This document shows, one piece after another, positions 24,835 to 33,509 of a DNA stretch of 38,830 bases; position 1 is the stretch's first letter, and every line of letters starts with the position of its first letter. Under the pieces are notes generated by a model. It did not search any database and had not been told where the DNA came from. It saw only the letters and a list, made by a program, of their open reading frames with translations. The DNA is from a virus. Lineage: Duplodnaviria; Caudoviricetes. The stretch spans positions 1-38,830 of IMG/VR virus record IMGVR_UViG_3300048851_000195. The stretch is one strand, 5' to 3'. Made by a program: the position numbers and the translations under genes.

Positions 24835-25147
24835 TGGCGACGACCTCGCTCAGCAAGTGGTTTGCGCCTGCGCCGGTCTGGTCTAGCTTGACGATCTGGT
24901 AGCGCTTGTCCTGGACAGTCAGCACACCGTTTTCGACGTTGCGCTCACTCCAAGTGACCAATGCTGTAATGGTGGCGGGCTTGCCTTCACCGGGCACGTT
25001 GCGGCTCTTGATGAGCACCCAAACGTCAACCGTTTCGGTCTGTCCGGTCCTGTTGAGCGCCTTGCTCGTGAACGTGATCGTACCGCGCTCAGCGATCTTG
25101 CTGAGCTTGTCCGTGATCTTTGCGCGTGATGCGCTCCAATCTGCCAT
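24824..25147 (-). CDS. Head closure (stopper) protein
   Basis: Size and synteny between the adaptor and gp10-like genes; overlapping stops and starts. Confidence 0.65.
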   Translation of the reverse strand: MADWSASRAKITDKLSKIAERGTITFTSKALNRTGQTETVDVWVLIKSRNVPGEGKPATITALVTWSERNVENGVLTVQDKRYQIVKLDQTGAGANHLLSEVVASEL

Positions 25148-25530
25148 CAGCGCACCACACGCATTGCGACGATGCCACCGGAGCGACCGGCCATAAGCGG
25201 GCGCAGCAAGGAGGTGACGAGCGGGTAAGGATCGGCAGGAGTTTCGCTGTACTCGAATTCCTCGACCAGCACGCCTGCGGTGTCCTCTTTGCTCTTGAGG
25301 ACTTGGCGTTCCTGCTTGAGCGCAGGAGGGTTGGTTAGGAACTCCAGTGCGAGCAGGCAGAGCGCCTTAACCAGCAACGGATGATCCGTTGGAGTGTCAG
25401 CCCGCAAGCTGTAAACTGCCTCAACGTAGTCTTCTGCTCGTAGGATAGCAGCCGACTTCTCGGCCTCAGTTCCTTCCCAGGCTTCGTTGTTACGGGCTAG
25501 GTGGAATGCGTCTGCAATCTGTGTTTCCAT
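25147..25530 (-). CDS. Head-tail adaptor (DnaT-like annotated family)
   Basis: ADAFHLARNNEAW...KSAAILRAEDYVE...VTSLLRPL; follows the capsid gene. Confidence 0.8.
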   Translation of the reverse strand: METQIADAFHLARNNEAWEGTEAEKSAAILRAEDYVEAVYSLRADTPTDHPLLVKALCLLALEFLTNPPALKQERQVLKSKEDTAGVLVEEFEYSETPADPYPLVTSLLRPLMAGRSGGIVAMRVVR

Positions 25531-25534
25531 CTGC

Positions 25535-25540
25535 TATTTA
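25535..25540 (-). promoter_or_regulatory. TAAATA box, leaderless start
   Basis: GG-TAAATA-GCAG-ATG. Confidence 0.7.
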
Positions 25541-25576
25541 CCGCCCTAGGGACGGTAGACAGACCTGGAGGACGCG

Positions 25577-25738
25577 ATGAGTTTTCTTGATTGGCTGTTC
25601 GGTGGCGGAAGCGGTGGCAAGAGCAGCAATGAGCGCTTGCGACAGGGAACGGGTCGGTACGGTCGGAAGGGCCAGTACCGAAAGGTGCGGAACGGTGATC
25701 GCGTGGGACGCGGCCCGGATGGACGCTACAAGAAGTAG
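25577..25738 (+). CDS. 53-aa basic Gly/Arg-rich protein (opposite-strand moron)
   Basis: GGAGG RBS. MSFLDWLFGGGSGGKSSNERLRQGTGRYGRKGQYRKVRNGDRVGRGPDGRYKK ends just before a hairpin. Not in the ORF track. Confidence 0.65.
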   Translation: MSFLDWLFGGGSGGKSSNERLRQGTGRYGRKGQYRKVRNGDRVGRGPDGRYKK

Positions 25739-25747
25739 TCGCAGGGA

Positions 25748-25771
25748 AGCCCCGCTGTTGCCAGCGGGGCT
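25748..25771. terminator. Terminator hairpin after the capsid gene
   Basis: AGCCCCGCTG-TTGC-CAGCGGGGCT. Confidence 0.75.
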
Positions 25772-25789
25772 CCTGTTTGCATTAGTCGA

Positions 25790-26758
25790 TTAAGCGGTTG
25801 GGTTGCTCAGGCTCGACTTGATGAACGCGAATGGGAGGTTCTTAGCTTCGAACTTGACCTGCCAGTCGTTTGCGTTTGCCTGCTCTGCATTGGTTGGCGA
25901 GAGCTTGCCGAGTTCGCCCACGAACTTGTGGCCAGCTGGTGCCAGGATGTACTGCGCACGAGTGGTCAGAACGTCAGCACCCGAGCCGTTACCGACCAGT
26001 GCCTTGCGGGTGAACTCCACAGCGTGCTTTGGAGTAGCGCGGCCCATTGCGAACGCGCCGTCAGCCAGCAGAGCCGAGGTGTAAACACCACCAGCGACAG
26101 GCATGCGGTCGTTGATGACCAGCTTGTAGCCGTAGTAGGTCGCAAAGCCGATGTTGGTCTGGGAAGCAGGAACGTAACCGTTGCCTTCTGCCTTCTGCAT
26201 CAGCGCGTGGACAGCCGAGTGAACCACGAGGGTACGGAACTTGTCCTTTGCGTCGCCGTGGGTCTGAGCAGCGTCGATGACCATGCTGCCGTCGAGCACC
26301 TTAGTGCCGTCGCCTGCGGTCAGACCGGTGTTCAGCTTCGCAACGCCGGTCAGGATCGCCATTGCGTGCTTGGTCAGATCGGTCGACCAGTAGTCGCCGA
26401 ACTTGTTAGCGATTTCGCCAACAACGTCCTTGCCGGAAACGATGGAAGCAACGTCCATTGCGCCGAAGGTCTTGGAACGCAGGTGGCGGATGACGCCCAG
26501 CTCGCCCATCGTGATTTCGCTGATGCCAGCTTCCTCAGCGAAGTCAGCGGACGCAACGTCAGCTTCGTCGGTTGCGAGAGGGTTGAAGAATGGAATGGTG
26601 GTCAGCTGACCCTCACCAGCAGCGCGCGAGTTATAAAGCTCGTTGCTGACGATGACGCCGGCCTGAACCAGATTGTTCTTTTCAGTAGTGGCCTGATTGA
26701 TTAGACCAGCATACACGTTGTCGTCGTAGACGAGCGTGCTTAGATCGGTAATTGCCAT
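25790..26758 (-). CDS. Major capsid protein
   Basis: LVQAGVI, TIPFFNPL, IANKFGDYW, VVHSAVH and YKLVINDRMP; follows the scaffold gene. Confidence 0.92.
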   Translation of the reverse strand: MAITDLSTLVYDDNVYAGLINQATTEKNNLVQAGVIVSNELYNSRAAGEGQLTTIPFFNPLATDEADVASADFAEEAGISEITMGELGVIRHLRSKTFGAMDVASIVSGKDVVGEIANKFGDYWSTDLTKHAMAILTGVAKLNTGLTAGDGTKVLDGSMVIDAAQTHGDAKDKFRTLVVHSAVHALMQKAEGNGYVPASQTNIGFATYYGYKLVINDRMPVAGGVYTSALLADGAFAMGRATPKHAVEFTRKALVGNGSGADVLTTRAQYILAPAGHKFVGELGKLSPTNAEQANANDWQVKFEAKNLPFAFIKSSLSNPTA

Positions 26759-26826
26759 AGGTATCCTCCATGTGGATTACGCCGACCCACAAAGAGGAGC
26801 CGGGGGAGCGATTCTTGCTTCCCCGG

Positions 26827-26832
26827 TATTTA
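26827..26832 (-). promoter_or_regulatory. TAAATA box for the capsid gene
   Basis: AA-TAAATA-CCGG, followed by a structured leader. Confidence 0.7.
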
Positions 26833-26856
26833 TTCGGATGAGTGTCTTGGCTCTGT

Positions 26857-27486
26857 TCAGCCGAGTAGGTGAGTCATGCCCATTTCAGTTGCTAGTTCCC
26901 TAGCAAGGTCTGGGTTTTCCTTCTTGATGTTCAGGTACTCGGTTGCGTTGAAAGTCTCCTTGGTCATGCGCTGTGGCTTCGCGGGGGTTGAGCCGGTCGA
27001 GCCAACACCGCTCGACGCAGGAGCGTTGACGTAGAAGCTGCCTTCCTTGCTGCCGAAGAACTCCTTGGCGTAGTCGCCAATCGCAGCACCGTTGATGTTA
27101 GCTTGCTTGGTGGAGTCGTCGTACTGTGCCTGACGGAGCAAAAGTGCTTCCACGGCAGGGACGAGTTCAGGACGCACGTTGCCAGCAGCAATTGCGCTCT
27201 TTACTTCGTTGTCCAAACGGATGGTGCGTAGATCACCCGAGAGAGCGTCACGCTCTGCTGCAAGGGCGTCGTACTTCTTCTGCCACTTGGCTTCCAAACG
27301 CTTCTCCAGCGCTTCCAAGTTACCGGACTGACGCTCCGCTTCCTCTGCGGCGGCTTCGCGTGCCTGCTCTGCTTCTTCGGCGCGCTGTTCAGCGAGCTTG
27401 AGGCGGCGTACCAGGTCAGCGTTCTTGTTCTTGAGACCGGAAGTGTCCTCGGTCGAGGTATCCGTGATGGTGGTGTCTGTAGTCAT
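26857..27486 (-). CDS. Head scaffolding protein
   Basis: SGLKNKNADL coiled-coil region and C-terminal APASSGVGS linker; lies between portal and capsid. Confidence 0.88.
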   Translation of the reverse strand: MTTDTTITDTSTEDTSGLKNKNADLVRRLKLAEQRAEEAEQAREAAAEEAERQSGNLEALEKRLEAKWQKKYDALAAERDALSGDLRTIRLDNEVKSAIAAGNVRPELVPAVEALLLRQAQYDDSTKQANINGAAIGDYAKEFFGSKEGSFYVNAPASSGVGSTGSTPAKPQRMTKETFNATEYLNIKKENPDLARELATEMGMTHLLG

Positions 27487-27487
27487 G

Positions 27488-27581
27488 TAATCCTTTCAGC
27501 CCGAAGCTATCTAGGTTGCGGCCGAACCGCGGTTTTGCTGGCCGAACCAGCATTCCTATTTAGCGTTCGGGCTAAGGATTA
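27488..27581 (-). promoter_or_regulatory. TAAATA box, long-range SD-occluding arms and three UUCGG-loop hairpins
   Basis: Box at 27557-27562. TAATCCTTAGCCCGAA pairs with TTCGGGCT-GA-AAGGATTA. Confidence 0.7.
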
Positions 27582-28997
27582 GAGGGTTGGTGCTTCTGGA
27601 GCAGTCGGGGCAATGGTATCTCGTGCAGCTGAAGCGTTCACAACTTCCGGCTCAACCGCTGCCTCTTCCTTGAGGCGCTTTTGCTCTTCCTCATAAGTCA
27701 GCGTTTCGTCGTAAACACCACCATCGCGGAGCTTGTAGAACATGCTCCTGTTGCTGAGCTTCCTAGCTTGGTTTAGACCCAGAAGAGCGGTGATTTCCTG
27801 CGGACTCATGTTGCTTGGCAGGTAGTCGGTGTTGATCTGGAAGCGGACGGTCGCATCGTTGTCGGTGAAAGCCGCTGCACGCTTCAAGGCGGTCTCCAGC
27901 TTCTTGCTGATCGTGTTCGCCAGCATGGCGAGCACGCTGTTCTCTGCGCCCTGGCGCACTGCTTCGGTTTCCGCTGCCTCGGCCACACTCTTTTGACGGG
28001 CTAGAATGCGGCTCGCGATAGCTGCTAGACGGTCTTCCAGAGCTTGCAGCTGGTGCTCAAGCGGAACGGCTGCATCCGCCGATACACTGATGACGTATGC
28101 CTTCGCTTGGGCGTCACTGAGCGTGAAAACACCACCCGGCGTCCACTTGATCTTTTTGCCTTCCTCGCCCTCGGTTCCCGACACGATCAGCATCGGCGAA
28201 ATGCCGAATAGGTGCTGGGTGCTGAGCAAGCCCTGGGTGACGTAGTGGTCCAGGTTGGTCCAGCATACGTTCTCCAGCGGCGGAGCACTCGGAGTGAAGC
28301 TGCCATCCGGGGTTACTAGGTCGAACGGGATTTCCTCTAGACGCTTGCCGTTTGCCACGGGCTCGTAGGTCTCGGTTGGATCTTCCCAGGCCGGAAACGC
28401 ACCATTGTCGCTCGCGCGGTACACATGGACGACCACAAGACCGTCAACTCGCTCAATGAGGTAAACGGTGCGCGCGTTTTCGAGCAAGCGCACGCGAATG
28501 GGCTGCTTGCGACCCTTCACAACCCCTGGGGTGCATTCCAGGATGGAAAAGCAGTCGTAGAAGTTGACGAATGGACGGATGCCCTCTTCGATAGCTGCGC
28601 CCTTACTCGATGCCTGGCCCACCGGATGGTCGGTGAAGTAGCCGTAGAAGCCGGAACTGAGGAATTCGCGTGCCGAACGACGGGCCAGCTCTTCCACGCT
28701 GTCTCCGTTGCTGCTGATAACGTCCTTGATCTCCCTGAGCGTGCCGGTTGCCTCCAGAACGGGCTCCTGGCGCATCATCAGGCCAACGATACCGTCATGA
28801 GTGCGGTTTGCAGCTGGGTAGAATGGAACGTACTTCTTGTAGGACAGGTATTCCTCGTCATTCATGTCCGAGAATGATCGTGGAAGGTAAGTCAGGCCCT
28901 TCTTTTTGACCGCATAGGTTCCAGAGATAACATCGCGACAAACCTGCCAACGCTCGTGCATCTCTAGAATTTCAGGTGTTGGCTCATTGATCTTCAC
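27579..28997 (-). CDS. Portal protein (DUF4055-type)
   Basis: TYLPR...EEYLSYKK...FYPA, RLEEIPF, PPLENV..TNLDHY and AETEA; follows the terminase gene. Confidence 0.92.
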   Translation of the reverse strand: MKINEPTPEILEMHERWQVCRDVISGTYAVKKKGLTYLPRSFSDMNDEEYLSYKKYVPFYPAANRTHDGIVGLMMRQEPVLEATGTLREIKDVISSNGDSVEELARRSAREFLSSGFYGYFTDHPVGQASSKGAAIEEGIRPFVNFYDCFSILECTPGVVKGRKQPIRVRLLENARTVYLIERVDGLVVVHVYRASDNGAFPAWEDPTETYEPVANGKRLEEIPFDLVTPDGSFTPSAPPLENVCWTNLDHYVTQGLLSTQHLFGISPMLIVSGTEGEEGKKIKWTPGGVFTLSDAQAKAYVISVSADAAVPLEHQLQALEDRLAAIASRILARQKSVAEAAETEAVRQGAENSVLAMLANTISKKLETALKRAAAFTDNDATVRFQINTDYLPSNMSPQEITALLGLNQARKLSNRSMFYKLRDGGVYDETLTYEEEQKRLKEEAAVEPEVVNASAARDTIAPTAPEAPTL

Positions 28998-29036
28998 GAA
29001 TGTACCTCGACAAATTATGTCAGGTATTTATTCGTG
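28995..29036 (-). promoter_or_regulatory. TAAATA box inside a hairpin covering the SD and GTG start
   Basis: Nested stems CACGAAT/ATTCGTG, TACCT/AGGTA and GACA/TGTC; box at 29025-29030. Confidence 0.75.
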
Positions 29037-29057
29037 CTAACTGCTGAGCCGGTCCTG

Positions 29058-30434
29058 TCAGCGGAAGATAGAGCCCCTGTTGGTGTTCACTGTAATGGTG
29101 CCCGAAGGACCACCGATTTTGAGAACCTCGGTTACACCCCAAACAAGTGCGTCCATGCGGTCAGGCGACTTCTTTGTGCCTTCCTTGTAGTCGCACATCT
29201 GCGCCTCAAGCTCTTTGAAGGTGTCGATGTGGAATACCTTGCCCTGGTGATATGCCATTGCGACAGGTTCAGCACGTAGCAGCTTGCCGCGTGTTGCATT
29301 GACCAGCTTAACCGGCAGGTTGCGTCGGTACTGACGGATGGTGTTCTCAACCATCGTGCCGCCGTAGTTTTTCTCAGCTACGATCAAGTCGGCGTTCCAC
29401 TTGTCATACATGACGCCGACTTCCTTGCTCCACTGCTCAGGGGTTCCCTTGATACTGGCGTCCTCAAGAATGTACGCGAGACCATCGGAGCCCAGACCCA
29501 CTACGCAGATGCCGGTGTGGTCGCCCTGATTGCCATTGCCGCCGCTGGGATCGACTGCGACCACAATGCGGAGGAAGAAATCGAGCGGCGGGCACTCCCG
29601 ATAGCGGAACATGCTCTTGCGGAAGAGCGCGTTGGGGTTGTCATCGCGCCATTGTCCCTCAAGGAAGCGCGAAGCCATATTGGGCGAGCCATCGTAACGC
29701 TCAGCAAGGCTGTCTAGGTAGCCTTTGGCGAGGTTGTCAGCGTTCTCATGCGCGGGCAGAAAAACGCTGCGCCACTTCTTCTTGTCCTTGAACGGCTTTC
29801 CGCTTTGCGGATGCTGCTTGGCCTTGAAGCAGAGGTAGTCCCAATCGCCCTTGGTGTCGGGATTGCAGTCAAAGAGCATGAGCGGGCGGCACATGACCAT
29901 CTGGCCGTTGGGATCGAGTACGACCTTGCCCGTCGAGGGATCGACCATCGGAGCAGTGTCGGCCATACGAGACGCCAGCTGCTGGATGACTTCGTAGTCC
30001 TGGACCTCGTTACATTCGTTGACCCATGCGGTTGCGTATTGAGCACCCAGCACCTTGTCGATGTTGTTGGGGTCCAGTCCCTCGAATACGATCTTGCTGC
30101 CGTTGTGGAACTGTACCCAGGACTCCGCGCGATTAACGTGAACTGCTTTGTTATCCAGGTATCCCGGATAAAGCATGTTCATGATTTCCGGGAAGGTGCC
30201 GTTGAACAGGTGTGCGCGGCAACTGCGCATGGTGAGACGGAAAATGGCGTGCTTTGTGCCTGGAAAGGCCAGTGCGCGTGCTGCAATCAGCTGAACGAAG
30301 TTAGCGCTCTTGCCGGATCGCGAGGGACCATACGCAAGCAAGTTCTCCACATAGGGGTCTTGCCAAGCTAGTGCGTTTACCTTGTCCTGTGCTGGATTAG
30401 GCGTGAATGTCTTGCGGTAAGGCTGTACTGTCAT
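29058..30434 (-). CDS. terL: Terminase large subunit
   Basis: Walker A GPSRSGKS, Walker B-like AWVNE, CNP motif and nuclease motifs VAVDPS and SPDRMDALVW. Confidence 0.95.
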   Translation of the reverse strand: MTVQPYRKTFTPNPAQDKVNALAWQDPYVENLLAYGPSRSGKSANFVQLIAARALAFPGTKHAIFRLTMRSCRAHLFNGTFPEIMNMLYPGYLDNKAVHVNRAESWVQFHNGSKIVFEGLDPNNIDKVLGAQYATAWVNECNEVQDYEVIQQLASRMADTAPMVDPSTGKVVLDPNGQMVMCRPLMLFDCNPDTKGDWDYLCFKAKQHPQSGKPFKDKKKWRSVFLPAHENADNLAKGYLDSLAERYDGSPNMASRFLEGQWRDDNPNALFRKSMFRYRECPPLDFFLRIVVAVDPSGGNGNQGDHTGICVVGLGSDGLAYILEDASIKGTPEQWSKEVGVMYDKWNADLIVAEKNYGGTMVENTIRQYRRNLPVKLVNATRGKLLRAEPVAMAYHQGKVFHIDTFKELEAQMCDYKEGTKKSPDRMDALVWGVTEVLKIGGPSGTITVNTNRGSIFR

Positions 30435-30438
30435 CCAG

Positions 30439-30444
30439 TATTTA
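30439..30444 (-). promoter_or_regulatory. TAAATA box, leaderless start
   Basis: CT-TAAATA-CTGG-ATG. Confidence 0.7.
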
Positions 30445-30547
30445 AGAAGGCAGAGCTATTCTTAGGATGACAGCCGCTTACAACGATGTTAGCAGCGGAC
30501 CACGTCCACTAGAGACGTTCTCTGGGGCAGAGACAAAAGGGGAAGTC

Positions 30548-31072
30548 ATGAAGTTGCGTTTGTTTGTTGCGACCGCTTTGGTCGCACTGTCGTCACCCGC
30601 GTCCGCTGGTGAAAAGACCACGTTTAACGCAAGCAATGGCGTTGTGGTTAACGTAAACAGCGACTCGTTTGCCGAGCGCTATGAGTACAGCGCTCCAACG
30701 ATCAAGTTCTCGGAAGAGGGTTCAACGGAAGAGAGCTTTGCACTTGTGGCAAAGATCAAGACCGCCAACAAGGCTCCTTCAACGACCGTACAGGGGTATA
30801 TCTACTACAAGGGTGAGTGGCACTACTATGTGTCTGCCATATTCAAGGGCGGCGTTGAAGCCAAGTTCACTAGCACGGGTCGCGATGTGTCCTCTTGCCG
30901 CTATGGTTGTAGCTACAATGAGGGGTTTATGATCGACATCACCCCAGCGGAGGTGGCGAAGTATTCTGAAAATGGTGTGCTGGCTATCCAGCTGCGCAGC
31001 AAGGCGACCAGGACGGCCATGCTGAAAATCCCTGTCAGCTACTTCGATGCGGTCAACGAAGCGTCCAAGTAA
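30548..31072 (+). CDS. Secreted/periplasmic hypothetical protein (moron)
   Basis: Signal peptide MKLRLFVATALVALSSPASA, a CRYGC pair and its own terminator. Confidence 0.8.
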   Translation: MKLRLFVATALVALSSPASAGEKTTFNASNGVVVNVNSDSFAERYEYSAPTIKFSEEGSTEESFALVAKIKTANKAPSTTVQGYIYYKGEWHYYVSAIFKGGVEAKFTSTGRDVSSCRYGCSYNEGFMIDITPAEVAKYSENGVLAIQLRSKATRTAMLKIPVSYFDAVNEASK

Positions 31073-31125
31073 GCGGCAGCGCGCAAACGCTGCTCCTTGA
31101 CGCTTTCCTGGGGCTCATTGACGCA

Positions 31126-31151
31126 AAAGGGCCGGAGTGATCCGGCCCTTT
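31126..31151. terminator. Bidirectional intrinsic terminator
   Basis: AAAGGGCCGGA-GTGA-TCCGGCCCTTT. Confidence 0.85.
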
Positions 31152-31326
31152 CTGTGTGTCTTTCCCAGGCTTAACGGTCTTCACCCCCAAAGGGTCTAGT
31201 TGCGTCCCGCGTTCACTCCATTGACGCCCACGAATGTCGCAGGGGGTAAGCGTTTGGGAGCAGCCTAGGCCTGATTGGCATCCCGCGACAAACGGACTCC
31301 AAAGGAGCGCAACAAGCCCTAGGCAA

Positions 31327-31611
31327 CTATTTACGCCTAGCAGCCTGACGCAGTTTGGCGACCGTAGAGTCGCTGACACCAAAGCGCTTTCCAACCTCAA
31401 CCTGTGAGCCTTCGGTGGCAAGAATGGCTTCCCGCAATTCAGGCGTGATCTTGGCATATCCCTTTGGTCGGCGCTTGCTCTTGATGCCCACATTCTCACC
31501 GCGTTGATGGGCACGCACTTGCTCCAACCCATTGAGCGATACGTATCCCCATGACAGGTCTTCGCGCTCGTCCTGTTTGAGCGCTTTCAGCTGATCGGTT
31601 TCCTCTTCCAT
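31327..31611 (-). CDS. Small helix-turn-helix protein
   Basis: C-terminal AKITPE...SQVEVGKRFGVSDSTVAKLR HTH. Confidence 0.75.
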   Translation of the reverse strand: MEEETDQLKALKQDEREDLSWGYVSLNGLEQVRAHQRGENVGIKSKRRPKGYAKITPELREAILATEGSQVEVGKRFGVSDSTVAKLRQAARRK

Positions 31612-31615
31612 GCCG

Positions 31616-31621
31616 TAGTTA
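31616..31621 (-). promoter_or_regulatory. TAACTA variant box, leaderless start
   Basis: GC-TAACTA-CGGC-ATG; CCGCTAACTAC is identical to the lysozyme site. Confidence 0.65.
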
Positions 31622-31680
31622 GCGGTTCTGAAACCCGTCCCGGATTAGCCCCTCACTCGGAGTGGGCAAACGTGGGCACC

Positions 31681-31881
31681 ATGAGCGACACGGAAAAGCA
31701 GATCGACGCGATCCAGGACGTTACCAGCGAGGACGAGCTGATGAAGCTGGAGACGCTGCTGAGCCGTTCTCTACGCGAGGAAGCAGGTCAGAATGAGCAC
31801 GTTGCGCGTATGGCTGCGCAGCCGGGGGAATTGCTCAACGGCAAGACCGCAGAAGCGGTAAAGCGGCTCAAGAACCAGTGA
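31681..31881 (+). CDS. Small hypothetical protein
   Basis: 66-aa helical ORF directly upstream of 31927, same strand. Confidence 0.55.
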   Translation: MSDTEKQIDAIQDVTSEDELMKLETLLSRSLREEAGQNEHVARMAAQPGELLNGKTAEAVKRLKNQ

Positions 31882-31926
31882 CCAAGGTACATTGACCGGA
31901 AGCCTGGAGTTGCCCAGCATCGTAAG

Positions 31927-33159
31927 ATGCTAACGCTAAACGCGCCGCACCTCCTACCGCTGATCCGGGAGTATCCTGGCGGGCTCTGCGACATCGAAAT
32001 TGATGGACGCAAGTGCTTGGTCATCAAGGCTCCCAAAGAGAGCTTGTTGGCAACCCAGATCAACATGAGCTTCAAAATCTACGTGGTGCCAATTCCGTTC
32101 ACCAACGGCACCACGATAGGGCTGCTAACCGCATTCTTTGACGACGACGATAACCCGCTCAAGATCAGCACACCGATCTTTGGCGACGATCCAATGGCGC
32201 AGAACCTCATCGAAATGCTCTATGGGGACGAGCTAGACATCTACTTCTTCGATGAACACTCGCGTGAGTTTATGAGCTACCGCTGCGAGCTATCCGACGG
32301 TGGTAGCCTGCTCGTATCGGGTGACGAAATCAGACTGCTTCCGAGTGATCCGGTGATGGGCTTAAAGATGCTCCACATTGTCCAACACTGGTTCGGTCTG
32401 CGCACGCCAGAGGATGACGCAAAGGCAATCACCGTCACGCTCACTGAGGAACTATGGCCGTCTGACATCGCCATCATGGACCTGATGGACGACAGCAACG
32501 ACTATGTGGGCAGCAAGGGACACTCAATGTCCATGCTGGTCAGGGAAGATCCCGGATACTTCCAGGAGCGAGACATTGTAGGGCTGCTTAAGCGCTCCCT
32601 TGATGGCCAACAGGTGATCCTCAACCCTAGGCGCCGGGCTACGAAGAAGGAATTTGCGGACGTTGTAGCGGGCACGGAACGCGCGTTCATCATCGTACAG
32701 GCCAAGGACAGCCCCAATACCCAAGCGGCCCTTGCGAGGCCGCTGGAACGCAAAATCCGCACGTCCAATGCGCAGATCGAAAAGGCGCTAAAGCAGGCAA
32801 AGGGCGCACTCGATCACGCGCAGGAAGCAGAGCCGATCGCGCTCTGGCTCTCAGAGGAGCAAGAGGACTTAGGCCTCTACGTTGACGGACGCACGATCAT
32901 CAGTTTGGTAATCGTCAAAGAGGTATTCCCAATGCAAGCGCCGGCAATCCTAAAGGCAATGGCAGAATGGCGCGCTAGGGGTGATGCACTGCTGGTGCTG
33001 GACTACATCGGCTTCCACACGCTGACACACGAGTTCTCGACGGAAGAGCGATTGGTTGATGCACTGCTGGATTTGATCAGTGAGCAGCTAGAAAAGGGTG
33101 CGCTCGTCAATCCCAGCGATTTTGCAATCAGGGCCTTCTCGGAGCGCTGGAATGGCTAA
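31927..33159 (+). CDS. Hypothetical protein with C-terminal PD-(D/E)XK nuclease-like domain
   Basis: QERDI...KEFADVV...IIVQAKD fits the E...D...(Q/E)xK restriction-endonuclease fold. Confidence 0.65.
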   Translation: MLTLNAPHLLPLIREYPGGLCDIEIDGRKCLVIKAPKESLLATQINMSFKIYVVPIPFTNGTTIGLLTAFFDDDDNPLKISTPIFGDDPMAQNLIEMLYGDELDIYFFDEHSREFMSYRCELSDGGSLLVSGDEIRLLPSDPVMGLKMLHIVQHWFGLRTPEDDAKAITVTLTEELWPSDIAIMDLMDDSNDYVGSKGHSMSMLVREDPGYFQERDIVGLLKRSLDGQQVILNPRRRATKKEFADVVAGTERAFIIVQAKDSPNTQAALARPLERKIRTSNAQIEKALKQAKGALDHAQEAEPIALWLSEEQEDLGLYVDGRTIISLVIVKEVFPMQAPAILKAMAEWRARGDALLVLDYIGFHTLTHEFSTEERLVDALLDLISEQLEKGALVNPSDFAIRAFSERWNG

Positions 33160-33475
33160 ACCAGTTTTTGACTGCTCAAATAGTTTTGCTGCAATCCACC
33201 CTCGTTCTCAGGAAAAGCACGTATACCCCCTGGCACCTCGGCCAGCGTACCTGTCAACGTCATTGATAGGTTGACTGCACGTTTTTCACTACCACTGTCA
33301 CTCTTGATTGGTGTCCATACCTCCATTGTCACACTAGCAGGTCTATCCACCTAATCGAGCAAAGACTGCTCAGTAGGAATATATTTTCTACAAATGCGAT
33401 GACCTGTTGGGATAGTGTGGGGTCTGGGCGCTAGGATAGCTGCTCACATTACCACAATTGATTAGTAGCACCGAG

Positions 33476-33509
33476 CTGTCAAAGAGCACGAAAAAAGATG
33501 CTCTTGACA
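33476..33509. promoter_or_regulatory. boxA-like element(s) forming an imperfect inverted repeat
   Basis: CTGTCAAAGAGCAC (identical to 5239-5252) and TGCTCTTGACA at 33499-33509, followed by CCTTTTTT. Confidence 0.5.

Noticed and set aside
33156-33350. 64-aa minus-strand ORF
   Set aside because: No clear RBS or motif; lies in the atypical non-coding tract.
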